Below are positions 39,552 through 48,933 of a DNA stretch of 64,000 bases, piece by piece. Every line of letters starts with the position of its first letter. Within the stretch, counting starts at the first letter, position 1. This DNA comes from a bacterium. Its GTDB lineage: Bacteria > Patescibacteriota > Saccharimonadia > Saccharimonadales > SZUA-47. The notes beneath the pieces are model-generated. The model searched no databases, was not told the origin of the DNA, and saw nothing but the letters and a program-made list of their open reading frames with translations. The stretch lies in assembly GCA_030427365.1 (NCBI GenBank), contig JAUHWW010000002.1, positions 48-64,047 on the forward strand, in the 5' to 3' direction. A program made the position numbers and the translations under genes.

Positions 39552-39980
39552 GTGGTATCTATTCAGCTGATTGATAGATGTATTGGTCGGCGCTTGTTCA
39601 CGCGTCGAATAGTTTGTCGTAGATCTTTACAAGAAAGCTCTTCGAATCTGATCGTTCGTAACTCATGTGGGTTGTTTGCCCTGCTCGTTTTCCTTTTTAT
39701 GCGAGGGAAAAGGAACTAAAAGCTACTCCTTTCGCTGATATTTGTTTTTGTTATGTCTAAAGCGAAAACTAATTTTGGCTTTGCTTTAGTGTTTTTGTTT
39801 TTGCTTACGCTTGGACTAGTATCGCATAAACACATTCTGAAAAACAACTAGTTTTATGCACATTTTTCAGAACTGCTGTCGAACTGATTGTTCGCAGCTC
39901 ATTTTGTTGGGTTGCGAGCAATTCTATCGGCAGATAAAATTACTCGTTCTCTCCAAAATGGCTGTGCTTGGGTGAGAGGA

Positions 39981-40010
39981 GATGCGCTATCTCCTCTCAC
40001 TTGCATATAG
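39981..40010. other. perfect 12-bp hairpin just downstream of the microprotein stop
   Basis: GTGAGAGGAGAT-GCGCT-ATCTCCTCTCAC. No clear U-tract on either strand. Confidence 0.5.
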
Positions 40011-40018
40011 CTGGGTGC

Positions 40019-40177
40019 CTAACAAAAGGCACATTCGTCGCCCTGCTTCTTCTCTTCCATTTTCTTGAGAATCGCAGCGGCTTCGTCGGCCTGGCTTCCG
40101 CCAGACGATTTCTTGCTTGATTTGCTTGACGACTTTGTTGCTTTGTCGTCTTTCTTTGATCCTAGGCCAAAAACCAT
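40019..40177 (-). CDS. 52-aa Lys/Ser-rich microprotein ending in CxxC
   Basis: Hand-translated MVFGLGSKKDDKATKSSSKSSKKSSGGSQADEAAAILKKMEEKKQGDECAFC. AAGGA RBS 8 nt upstream. Driven by the consensus promoter at 40257-40285. Below the ORF track cutoff. Confidence 0.5.
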   Translation of the reverse strand: MVFGLGSKKDDKATKSSSKSSKKSSGGSQADEAAAILKKMEEKKQGDECAFC

Positions 40178-40256
40178 GATGGGATCCTTTCTCGCAGTTT
40201 TATTTTATATTGTTTGTTTTGTTGAAACTTTGTTTGTTTTATTCAACAATAGCTAC

Positions 40257-40285
40257 ATTATAGCTTATGCTTTTAATTTTGTCAA
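40257..40285 (-). promoter_or_regulatory. consensus sigma70-type promoter
   Basis: Minus strand reads TTGACA, a 17-nt spacer (AAATTAAAAGCATAAGC), then TATAAT. Lies 13 nt after the ATPase stop. Confidence 0.65.
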
Positions 40286-40297
40286 TAGTATTTTTAT

Positions 40298-43222
40298 TTA
40301 TGCTTTTCTGGGTTGGTTCTCGAGACCGACTGTGCGATCCAGAATAGGGTTGATGAGCTTCATCATGACAAACAGTGCAACGGAACCAATCGCCATAAAG
40401 ACCCAGTCGTGAGCAGATAGCGGTCCAACTTCGAAATAATCTGCAATAGCAGGTACATACAAAACTGCCAACTGCAGCGCAACTGAAATAATCATTGCGA
40501 CGGTGAGCATCGGATTGGCAAACCACTTTATCTTATAGTCAGTGCGGATATCGACAAGTCGTACGAGCTCATACACGACCATGGCGGTGAATGCTGCGGA
40601 GACAGCGGCCAGCTGACTCTCATGGTGTACGTTGTACCAGTACTGAAGCAGCATCGCAACTGTCATCAGCGCACCGAAAACGAATATTTCTGTCCACACT
40701 CGCTTGGTGAGAATCGCTTCTTGGAATCGATTTGGCTTGGCTTTGAGCACGTCGCGGCGAGCTGGATCACTACCAAGCGCGATCGCTGGCAAGCCATCGG
40801 TCACAATGTTAATGAATAGTAGCTGCGCTGCGGTAAGAAGCAGGTTGTTAAAGAACAAGATGCCGAAGAGAATGACAAGAACCTCGGCGATATTACAGCT
40901 AATGAGGAAGTTGACGAACTTGCGGACGTTATCGAATATGCCGCGCCCCTCCTCTATTGCGTTAATAATTGTCACGAACTTGTCATCAAGCAAAATGAGA
41001 TCTGCCGCTTCTTTGGCAGCGTCAGTACCTGTTATCCCCATCGCGATGCCAATATCTGCGGCCTTGATTGCCGGTGCATCATTCACGCCGTCACCTGTCA
41101 TCGCAACTTGATGGCCGTGCTTCTTCAAAGCTTTCACGATGCGGATCTTGTGCTCCGGATTAACGCGGGCATAGACAGATATTTCTTCTACCTTTTGCTC
41201 AAACTCCTTTTGGCTCATAGCTTCAAGTTCGTGGCCGCTGATAGCCTCGCCTTGGATACCAATTTCCTTTGCCACCGCTTTGGCCGTCTCAATATAGTCG
41301 CCGGTAATCATAACAACGCGCATACCTGCCTCAGATTGCACCTGATGAATCACCTGCACCACTTCTTCGCGCGGTGGATCCATCATCGCTTGCAAACCAA
41401 TGAACACAAGATCTTTTTCTATCTGTTTTTCACCTGACGGCTGCGCTTTTACTTCTTTGTAGGCAAAGCCAAGCACACGCAAAGCCTGCGCGGCTAAAGC
41501 TTTATTCTGCTCAAGGATGGCTTGCTTATCCTGTGCTGATAGTTTTACCTTCTTCCCGTTTGCATCAAGCATGTGGCTGCTGCGATCAAGACAAGCTTCG
41601 ACAGAACCCTTACTCGCGACAATGAACCCGTCCTTTGTGTTGTGCACGGTACTCATAAATTTACGGTCACTCGTAAAGGGCACTTCATCGACACGCTTAT
41701 TTTCTTTCTGAGCGTGCTCATACATAAGCTGCGCTTTGCCTGCACTGACCAGTAGAGCCGCTTCGGTTGGATCGCCAAGTGCTTGATCATCTTTCAGGCG
41801 GGCGTTGTTACACAGCGCCCCCACAAGTAGTAGTTGCTCGTGTGCTTTACTGAGTTTGGCCTTTTTGCCGTCAGACGTGAATTCTCCTTGCAGCCCATAT
41901 CCGCCGCCGCTCACGTCTACCTGCTTGCCGCCGGCAACAATTGAGCGAACTGTCATTTCACCGCGCGTTAAGGTGCCGGTCTTATCCGAGCAGATGACAT
42001 CAGTTGAGCCCAGTGCTTCGACCGCGCTTAGACGTCGCACTAACCCGTTCTTTGCCGCCATACGGCGAGCGCCGAGCGCCAGAGAGATACGCACCACAAA
42101 GGCTAAGCCCTCCGGTATCGCGGCCACCGCTAAGGCAACTGCAGCGGTAAAGGCAAAAATAAGTCGCTGCAACATATCTTTGTCACGCGCTTCGTCCACG
42201 AGGAACACGACAATGACAAAAACGACAAGGCAGATGACGAGAATCATCAGACCAAGTTTTTTACCGAGGTCATCAAGCTTCTTCTGCATCGGTGTCTGCT
42301 CAGTTTCGACGTCGTTCACGAGGCTGGCGATTTTACCGAGTTCTGTGGTCTGAGCCGTTTCTACCACCACACCCTCGGCAGTTCCTTGGGTTGCAAACGT
42401 ACCAGCAAACGCCATATTTTTCTGATCACCCAGAGCGGCATCTTTCTCAACTAAAGTGTCCTGCTTGCTTACCGGCAAGCTTTCGCCGGTCAAGCTAGCT
42501 TCGTTCACTTGCAGGTTATGCACCGTAAGCAAACGCATATCAGCAGGAACTTTTTGTCCTTCTTCTAGAATGACAATGTCACCAGGGACAATTTGCGCGG
42601 CGTCAATTTCTACTAGTTTGCCACCTCGACGCACGGTTGCTTTTTGACCAACTAATTTCTTTAGTGCTTCAACGGTTTTTTCAGCTTTGTACTCGTTAAA
42701 GAAACCAATCAACGCGATAGCGAAGACGATAGCAAAAATGAGCAATGCTTCTTGCGCACCTTCACCTGATTCAGCCTGCGTTTCCGTGCTGTTAATGACT
42801 GACTCACACGCAATATTTAACTTTGCTGCTTGGGCCGCTTCACTCTCAGACAGCTCTAGGTCAAAACATATTTTCTCAACGAGACCACATGAATTTGTTT
42901 CTTCACATACAGGGGCTGCATCCCCCTCTCCCACCAACCCAACCGCGTAGGAAACAACAGCTGCAACCAGCAAAATAACTATCAATACATCCTTGAATTG
43001 CCCTAAAAATAGCGTGAGGGGATTAATTTTCTTACCAGCCTCAAGCTTGTTCTCGCCATACTGACTCAGGCGTTTTTCTGCCTCACTATTAGATAGCCCC
43101 TGCGACTGTTCAACATGCTGCTCTTTGAGCACATCTTCAGCGTGTTTCGTAAACCAAATATTCACAAGTTGTTGTCCACCTTTTCCATACATGTTATATT
43201 TCTTTCTAGACATAAGCAACAT
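40298..43222 (-). CDS. P-type (P2, Ca2+/cation-type) ATPase
   Basis: 974 aa. DKTGTLT phosphorylation site, [22 protein letters not shown]. Carries an unusual insertion of about 60 aa between TM1 and TM2. Confidence 0.93.
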   Translation of the reverse strand: MLLMSRKKYNMYGKGGQQLVNIWFTKHAEDVLKEQHVEQSQGLSNSEAEKRLSQYGENKLEAGKKINPLTLFLGQFKDVLIVILLVAAVVSYAVGLVGEGDAAPVCEETNSCGLVEKICFDLELSESEAAQAAKLNIACESVINSTETQAESGEGAQEALLIFAIVFAIALIGFFNEYKAEKTVEALKKLVGQKATVRRGGKLVEIDAAQIVPGDIVILEEGQKVPADMRLLTVHNLQVNEASLTGESLPVSKQDTLVEKDAALGDQKNMAFAGTFATQGTAEGVVVETAQTTELGKIASLVNDVETEQTPMQKKLDDLGKKLGLMILVICLVVFVIVVFLVDEARDKDMLQRLIFAFTAAVALAVAAIPEGLAFVVRISLALGARRMAAKNGLVRRLSAVEALGSTDVICSDKTGTLTRGEMTVRSIVAGGKQVDVSGGGYGLQGEFTSDGKKAKLSKAHEQLLLVGALCNNARLKDDQALGDPTEAALLVSAGKAQLMYEHAQKENKRVDEVPFTSDRKFMSTVHNTKDGFIVASKGSVEACLDRSSHMLDANGKKVKLSAQDKQAILEQNKALAAQALRVLGFAYKEVKAQPSGEKQIEKDLVFIGLQAMMDPPREEVVQVIHQVQSEAGMRVVMITGDYIETAKAVAKEIGIQGEAISGHELEAMSQKEFEQKVEEISVYARVNPEHKIRIVKALKKHGHQVAMTGDGVNDAPAIKAADIGIAMGITGTDAAKEAADLILLDDKFVTIINAIEEGRGIFDNVRKFVNFLISCNIAEVLVILFGILFFNNLLLTAAQLLFINIVTDGLPAIALGSDPARRDVLKAKPNRFQEAILTKRVWTEIFVFGALMTVAMLLQYWYNVHHESQLAAVSAAFTAMVVYELVRLVDIRTDYKIKWFANPMLTVAMIISVALQLAVLYVPAIADYFEVGPLSAHDWVFMAIGSVALFVMMKLINPILDRTVGLENQPRKA

Positions 43223-43250
43223 GAATAACCTTAGGTGGGCCTAAACAAAA

Positions 43251-44321
43251 ATGCATTCACTTCTGACCTTATTCGCAGCAGCAGCCGAACGACAAGACAT
43301 CAACGGAGACGTGAAGTCTCTAAGCATACGCGTCATCGGTGCGGCGTCACTTGCACTCGTTGTCCTACTCGTTTTGGCAGCAATCACCGTTAAGAATAAA
43401 CGGTTCCATTCCTTTAAGACGCCGCTATTCGTAGCAATTGCCGCTACGATAATCGTGCCGTCACTCCTACTTGTCGGATCAACGATATACGTCAACGTGC
43501 AGTCAGAGTCAAAGGGACCAGTACACTGGCATACTGACATTGAGTTCTGGGTATGTGGGCAGGAAATCGAGCTGCGCGATCCTTATGAATTTCTGAGTAA
43601 CAAAGTCGGTACCAGCACCTATCACGAACATGATGACAAGCGTATCCACCTTGAGGGAGTTGTATTTGAAAAATCATATGATGCGTCTTTGGAGAAATTC
43701 ATGATAGTCACCGGTGGAGGCATCACTGATGACCAATTAGTTATTCCAACCGACCCACAACTATTCGAAAACGACGTCGATGGTGACACGGTAAGCGGCA
43801 GCGAGGATGACGTACGTCAATTCGTTGACGCTGACAAAGACGGAAGGCCAACCATTAATGTGCGCAACGGCGACCGCTGTAACGACAGCAGTGATCCTGG
43901 TGAAATCCAGGCATTTTTGATGCGGTTTGACGGCACAACAAATACGTACGAGCAGATCAAGCTTGAGGATCCAAAAAGCTACTTAATGCGTGATGAGTCC
44001 ATTGTTCCTCCTGGCGACTGCTTAATTGTTGAGTTTGGTCCTTCAAAAGACTTCACCGACAAGCTCTGTCAACAATATGGCGTCAGAGACGCTGAGCGAT
44101 GCACTGAGTTCGGAGTGAGTGAATACAACGAAGAGCTGTGTAATATTCGCCAAGTACGTGATAGTGGCCAAAGCGATGAAGATGATGCATCAGCTGCCGA
44201 ATCTCAGAATAATCAGAATGCGGAAGTTCCAGCCGTACCAGAAGAAGAAGGTACACCTGAGGAAGATAATGCCCCAGTCGAAGTACAAGAAGTTATTGAG
44301 GGAGAGGTGGAGCAACTGTAA
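43251..44321 (+). CDS. membrane-anchored extracytoplasmic Cys-rich protein with acidic tail
   Basis: 356 aa. N-terminal TM helices, VHWHTDIEFWVCGQ motif, at least 6 Cys, Asp/Glu-rich C-terminus. The start codon is uncertain. Confidence 0.55.
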   Translation: MHSLLTLFAAAAERQDINGDVKSLSIRVIGAASLALVVLLVLAAITVKNKRFHSFKTPLFVAIAATIIVPSLLLVGSTIYVNVQSESKGPVHWHTDIEFWVCGQEIELRDPYEFLSNKVGTSTYHEHDDKRIHLEGVVFEKSYDASLEKFMIVTGGGITDDQLVIPTDPQLFENDVDGDTVSGSEDDVRQFVDADKDGRPTINVRNGDRCNDSSDPGEIQAFLMRFDGTTNTYEQIKLEDPKSYLMRDESIVPPGDCLIVEFGPSKDFTDKLCQQYGVRDAERCTEFGVSEYNEELCNIRQVRDSGQSDEDDASAAESQNNQNAEVPAVPEEEGTPEEDNAPVEVQEVIEGEVEQL

Positions 44322-45025
44322 TGCTTGATTTGCCACAATTATCTATTGTCCTAGGAGCAGCTGCCATAGACTCAATCAATCCGTGTGCTATCGGCGTGCT
44401 TATCCTCATGGTGTCAGTTGTTCTCGGTCAAGGAGGAAGCCCTGCGCGACTATTGAAGGTCGGTGGCGCCTACATCTTTGCGATCTTTGCAACCTATCTG
44501 ATTGCCGGACTTGGACTTATCTACTTCTTCTCTTCTATTCCGATCGTTTTGGCAGAATACCTGTCAATCGCCGTCGGTCTGCTTGTCATCTTTGCTGGAA
44601 TCCTCGAGGTAAAAGACTTCTTCTGGTACGGCAAAGGCTTTAGCCTGCAAATACCAAAGAAATACGCTGACAAAATCCATGACTGGTCAACGAGTAGCCG
44701 ATCAGTGTGGAGTGTTATGTTGCTTGGCGCGTTCGTAGCGGCCGTCGAATTACCGTGTACAGGCGCGCCGTATCTTGCGATCCTTACCATTCTGCGTATC
44801 GATTTCACTATCTGGGCGTTCCTACTCATGGTGCTCTACAACGTCGTCTTTGTTCTTCCACTCATCATTATTCTTATTATGGTGGCGAGTGGCACGAAGA
44901 TCAGCACCGTCAGTAAATGGAAGGAAGACTCCAAAGGCAATATGCGCCTCGCCATGGGTCTAATGTTCGTCGCACTCGGCTGGATATTGATACTTATTGC
45001 AAACGGAACCATAAACTTCGGTTAG
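44321..45025 (+). CDS. ccdA: CcdA/DsbD-family thiol:disulfide electron transporter
   Basis: 234 aa, 6 TM. Conserved Cys in TM1 (SINPCAIGVL) and TM4 (ELPCTGAPYL). TAATG overlap with the upstream gene. Confidence 0.8.
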   Translation: MLDLPQLSIVLGAAAIDSINPCAIGVLILMVSVVLGQGGSPARLLKVGGAYIFAIFATYLIAGLGLIYFFSSIPIVLAEYLSIAVGLLVIFAGILEVKDFFWYGKGFSLQIPKKYADKIHDWSTSSRSVWSVMLLGAFVAAVELPCTGAPYLAILTILRIDFTIWAFLLMVLYNVVFVLPLIIILIMVASGTKISTVSKWKEDSKGNMRLAMGLMFVALGWILILIANGTINFG

Positions 45026-45034
45026 GGGGAGCTG

Positions 45035-45304
45035 ATGCGTCACATTGTTAAACGAGCAGGTCACACCGAGCCTTTCGACGAGAAAAAAGTCTACGCGGCG
45101 GTTTTTTCTGCATGCACCGCACTACGTGAACCAGCTGCAAGCGCAGAATTAATCGCTGATAAAGTGGTCAAAGAAGTCAATCAGTGGATTGAGAAGAAGC
45201 ATGAAGTAACCGCCAACGATATTCGCAACCAAGCGAGCAAGCATCTCGAAAACTACAATCCTGATGCTGCTTATTTGTTCAAGCACCACAGGATCGTGAG
45301 CTAA
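45035..45304 (+). CDS. stand-alone ATP-cone domain protein
   Basis: 89 aa. MRHIVKRAGHTEPFDEKKV... matches the ATP-cone pattern. No zinc ribbon or RNR domain is attached. Confidence 0.7.
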   Translation: MRHIVKRAGHTEPFDEKKVYAAVFSACTALREPAASAELIADKVVKEVNQWIEKKHEVTANDIRNQASKHLENYNPDAAYLFKHHRIVS

Positions 45305-46701
45305 TGCAGTCTATGAAAGCACGTGAACCAAAAAAGACAGATTATGATTTGATCGTCATCGGCACAGGCTCCGGAGGCGGTACTGCTGCACACATGACGA
45401 ATCTCAATGGTAAGAAGGTTGCCGTTGTCGAGCAAGAAGTCATGGGCGGTGAATGCCCAAACTTTGGCTGCATCCCAACCAAAGCCCTCCTGCAGGCTGC
45501 AGAAACCCTTGATACTATCCGCAGAGCTGATGACTTCGCTATTAAAGTTAAAGGTGAGCCAGAAGTAGACTATCCTGCCCTCAAAAAGTGGAAAGATAAA
45601 GCCGTGTGGAACACCGGAACACACGCTGGTGAGGAAAGTTATAAAGAAGACGGCATTGATGTTCTGAAAGGTCACGCCCACTTCATTGATCCCTGGACAC
45701 TGTCAGTCAAAGGCAAGCGCTATACTGCGCGTCGTTTCTTGATTGCGACAGGAACACACGACTTTGTCCCGCCTATTCCTGGCCTGAAAGAATCAGGCTA
45801 CATCGGCTACCGCGAAGCGCTTGATTTTACCAAAGCGCCGAAGAAGCTGTTTATTATTGGTGGTGGCGCAATCGGCTGTGAGTTCACAGAAATATTCTCG
45901 ACATTCGGCGTGCAGGTGCACATCGCTGAAGCTGGTGAGCGACTGCTCGGGAAAGAGGACAAAGAGATTGGCGAGCTGGTAGAAGCTCTATTCGAACACA
46001 AGGGCGTATCGGTACACGTCGACTCAAAAGTCATCAAAGTCGAGAAGAAGGGGTCTCAAAAAGTCGTTCATGTCGAAACACACGGTAAAGTCAGTAAAGT
46101 GACCGTCGATGAAGTGATGCTGGCTGCTGGGAAGCTGCCAAATATAGACCTCGGACTTGAAAATGCTGGCGTTGATTACGACGAGCGTCGAGGCATAAAG
46201 GTCAACCGTGAAATGCAAACGACAGCTGATCATATTTACGCAGCTGGCGATGTCACTGGTGGCTACATGTTTACGCACACAGCCACGTATCAGAGTCGTA
46301 TTGCTGCCAGCAACATGTTCAGTAATCTCAAACACCACGCAGACTACAGCGCTGTTCCCCGCTGCGTCTTTATTTCTCCGGAAGTTGCTGCCGTTGGTAA
46401 AACAGAGGCTGAGCTGAAAGAAGCTGGTGTTGACTATCAAGTTGGAGCCGTGCCAATCAGTATCCTCGGCCGTGCTAATACCTCTCAAGCTGATACAGGA
46501 TTCGTGAAATTACTGGCAGATAAAAAAGGCCGGTTGCTCGGCGGCAGCATTGTTGCGCCGCGTGCTGGCGAGATGATCCACGAACTTACCTTAGCTGTTC
46601 AGTGGAGGATGAAAGCCAGCAAACTCGTCTGGACTATCCACGCCTTCCCTACCTGGTCGCAGGCAGTGCGCACTGCTGCTAATAAGATCACCTGTCGATA
46701 A
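45304..46701 (+). CDS. pyridine nucleotide-disulfide oxidoreductase (Lpd/GR/MerA class)
   Basis: 465 aa. FAD motif VIGTGSGGG, redox-active GGECPNFGCIPTK, NAD motif IIGGGAIGCE, dimerisation-domain HAFPTWSQ. Confidence 0.9.
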   Translation: MQSMKAREPKKTDYDLIVIGTGSGGGTAAHMTNLNGKKVAVVEQEVMGGECPNFGCIPTKALLQAAETLDTIRRADDFAIKVKGEPEVDYPALKKWKDKAVWNTGTHAGEESYKEDGIDVLKGHAHFIDPWTLSVKGKRYTARRFLIATGTHDFVPPIPGLKESGYIGYREALDFTKAPKKLFIIGGGAIGCEFTEIFSTFGVQVHIAEAGERLLGKEDKEIGELVEALFEHKGVSVHVDSKVIKVEKKGSQKVVHVETHGKVSKVTVDEVMLAAGKLPNIDLGLENAGVDYDERRGIKVNREMQTTADHIYAAGDVTGGYMFTHTATYQSRIAASNMFSNLKHHADYSAVPRCVFISPEVAAVGKTEAELKEAGVDYQVGAVPISILGRANTSQADTGFVKLLADKKGRLLGGSIVAPRAGEMIHELTLAVQWRMKASKLVWTIHAFPTWSQAVRTAANKITCR

Positions 46702-46707
46702 TCGCAA

Positions 46708-48399
46708 TTATAGCTTGGTCGCGTCGATTCGTTGTTGAATCTTTGCGCGCTCAGCCGGTGTTTCTGCACTCCGCAGTAGTTTTTTGTATTTTTCCCTCAT
46801 TTTTGCAAGCTTTTTGACTTTACGCTCCGGCAAGTCAGAAGCGAAAGCGTTTCTCAACAAGTGTAGGTGTACTTTGATTTCTCGAGGATCCGTCTGTTTG
46901 CTGGGGTTTCCTTGTTGATCTAGTTCCGTAACTTTAATCTGCAATGCACTACCCTTTTTCGTTATAAGTGCGTGTGTTCTGACCGCATCGGGTCCGCTGC
47001 CGCGTAACAAGGTTGCTTCGTAACGAATAACTTCATCGTCGCCACTACGAGATCCAACGCTGCGCCGGTAAAGGCTGTAGAGTAACCCCTCTGTTGCATC
47101 TTTGGAAACGTCAAAATTGACTGGGGATCTTAGTTCTATACTCTCTGGGTTTACATCACTCTCATCAAGACGTGCCTGCAAAACTGAGAAATAGCTAGAA
47201 ACAATTGGACCATTCGTATCAAGCAAAAGCTCAAAAACGTCGATATCTGAAGCAAGTGCCGGGTCAGCGAGCATCTTTTCTTCCCCAAGAGACTGCTTTG
47301 AACCTTCGGTCAATGGTGTAATGAGAGGCAGCTTTCGGATAGGTTTTTGTTGGTCACTAGGCTTTTTCTCTGGGTGATCTTCATAGTATTTTCTTACAGC
47401 TACTTCACGTCTTTCTTGCTCTTCTCGCTGTCGTTCTATCTGTCTTTTTGCCGCTTCACTACTAGCTTCATGGTTTCTTTTACGCTCTTTTGCTTTTTCT
47501 TTCATAAATTTCTTGCGCTTTTTTGTCTTTTTCGGTATTCGTTCTTGTGGTATACCTCGCTTCATTACGAGCACGAAGTCTTCACCGAGCGCTTCTGCAA
47601 TCTCTTGCTCACTCATATCCAACGCTTTCATAGCCCAGTATCGTGTTGATTTTGGCTGTTCGGCGTCTCCTGCTTTTTGCTGTAGTTCTTTTCTACGCGA
47701 AGCTTTCGAAGATAATGTGTCCCTTGGAATTGAAGACCCCAAAATATGCTTGAGAACGTTGCTGTGTAGCTGCTGTAGCCGTAATGCCTTATGTAGAATA
47801 GCCTGATCCTGCACACCCGTCCCGCTTGAAAGGTCAACTTCTTGGTAACCACTTTGTGTCAATTCATGAACAATGATGCCAATTTCTTGACCGAACTTCT
47901 TAATTTCAGCGATAGATCGAGAAGGAAAATCATAGTTTGGCAGCTCACCTGCCTCAACCTGAGCAGCTAAGAGGCCAGGCGACATATCGAGGAATCTTTT
48001 GCCGTCGATCGTGACTATTCTATTTGCATCTCTCCGCTCGTTACCTGTATCAGCTTCTTGGCCATCTACGCTTGTGTAGCCTTCCGCTATTTCATACAGC
48101 AGGCTTTGTGCCGTTTCATCCTCAGTGCGTGCTGTGATACTTGTCATGTATGCAGCTTCATTGGGATCGGGATCATACGTCACGATTACTCTTGATTGGC
48201 CCCAGGCAAGTGCACTGTTTGTAGCCGCTTCAAAATCTAATCTTTGAGTCGTGGGGTTCAGTCTGGCGAGGTCAGACGTTTTTACAATGCAATTCGCAAT
48301 AACAACTGTCCCAATTCCCATAACACCATCGTGCTTATATGACAGCGCTTCAAACCTATCCATTCGTTGCGGCAAATCTCTTGCCTCGATTGTTCTCAT
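46708..48399 (-). CDS. large hypothetical protein with a highly charged central segment
   Basis: 563 aa. The central Lys/Arg/Glu block (KKTKKRKKFMKEKAKERKRNHEASSEAAKRQIERQREEQERRE) separates two globular halves. No motif recognised. Confidence 0.6.
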   Translation of the reverse strand: MRTIEARDLPQRMDRFEALSYKHDGVMGIGTVVIANCIVKTSDLARLNPTTQRLDFEAATNSALAWGQSRVIVTYDPDPNEAAYMTSITARTEDETAQSLLYEIAEGYTSVDGQEADTGNERRDANRIVTIDGKRFLDMSPGLLAAQVEAGELPNYDFPSRSIAEIKKFGQEIGIIVHELTQSGYQEVDLSSGTGVQDQAILHKALRLQQLHSNVLKHILGSSIPRDTLSSKASRRKELQQKAGDAEQPKSTRYWAMKALDMSEQEIAEALGEDFVLVMKRGIPQERIPKKTKKRKKFMKEKAKERKRNHEASSEAAKRQIERQREEQERREVAVRKYYEDHPEKKPSDQQKPIRKLPLITPLTEGSKQSLGEEKMLADPALASDIDVFELLLDTNGPIVSSYFSVLQARLDESDVNPESIELRSPVNFDVSKDATEGLLYSLYRRSVGSRSGDDEVIRYEATLLRGSGPDAVRTHALITKKGSALQIKVTELDQQGNPSKQTDPREIKVHLHLLRNAFASDLPERKVKKLAKMREKYKKLLRSAETPAERAKIQQRIDATKL

Positions 48400-48589
48400 C
48401 GGAAATCATTATTACAGCGCATGTCGGAAAACCAAAGCATAAGCATTTGAATTAGGTATATTTCAAATTTTATGGTTTAATGATGCGTGCAAGAGTTAGT
48501 AAGAGTGAAAATTAGACAACAATACGTTACACAATCTTTCCTCAAACAATCAAGGTCGAATTGCCTAAGTAAATTTGAGGAGAGAATAC

Positions 48590-48838
48590 ATGGCTAAGTT
48601 ATTTATCGGCGGTTTGCCGTTTTCTACAACTGATGATGAGCTCGCAGAAGCTTTTTCACAGTTTGGTAACGTCAAAAGCGCTAAAGTAATCACTGATCGC
48701 GAGACTGGAAAGTCACGTGGATTTGGTTTTGTAGAGTACGAGAGCGACGAAGAAGCGAAAGCTGCTATCGAAGGTCAGGACAACAAAGAACTCGGCGGCC
48801 GCACTATTCACGTAAGTGAAGCCCGCGAACGACAATAG
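48590..48838 (+). CDS. RRM-type RNA-binding protein
   Basis: RNP-2 LFIGGL and RNP-1 RGFGFVEY. GGAGAG RBS. Start taken at MAKLFIGG. Confidence 0.9.
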   Translation: MAKLFIGGLPFSTTDDELAEAFSQFGNVKSAKVITDRETGKSRGFGFVEYESDEEAKAAIEGQDNKELGGRTIHVSEARERQ

Positions 48839-48933
48839 ATTAACTATTGTTCCAAAAAGAATCGAGACTAACCTCTCGATTCTTTTTTTATCTTAATCAG
48901 TTTATTCTCAGGCTCGGACGTATACTGATAGGC

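Noticed and set aside
39440-40018. Possibility that the long noncoding stretch encodes RNase P RNA, tmRNA, SRP RNA or 6S RNA
   Set aside because: I looked for the conserved cores (RNase P P4 GAGGAAAGUCC, the tmRNA tRNA-like ends, the SRP GGAAGCAGCC region) on both strands and found none. 6S RNA cannot be excluded by eye.
40065-40412. 115-aa plus-strand ORF
   Set aside because: It is antisense to the promoter-driven microprotein ORF and to the ATPase 3' end. The translation is Phe/Leu-rich AT-driven sequence.
45301-45681. 126-aa minus-strand ORF
   Set aside because: It is antisense to the 5' part of the flavoprotein reductase gene, which has clear motifs.
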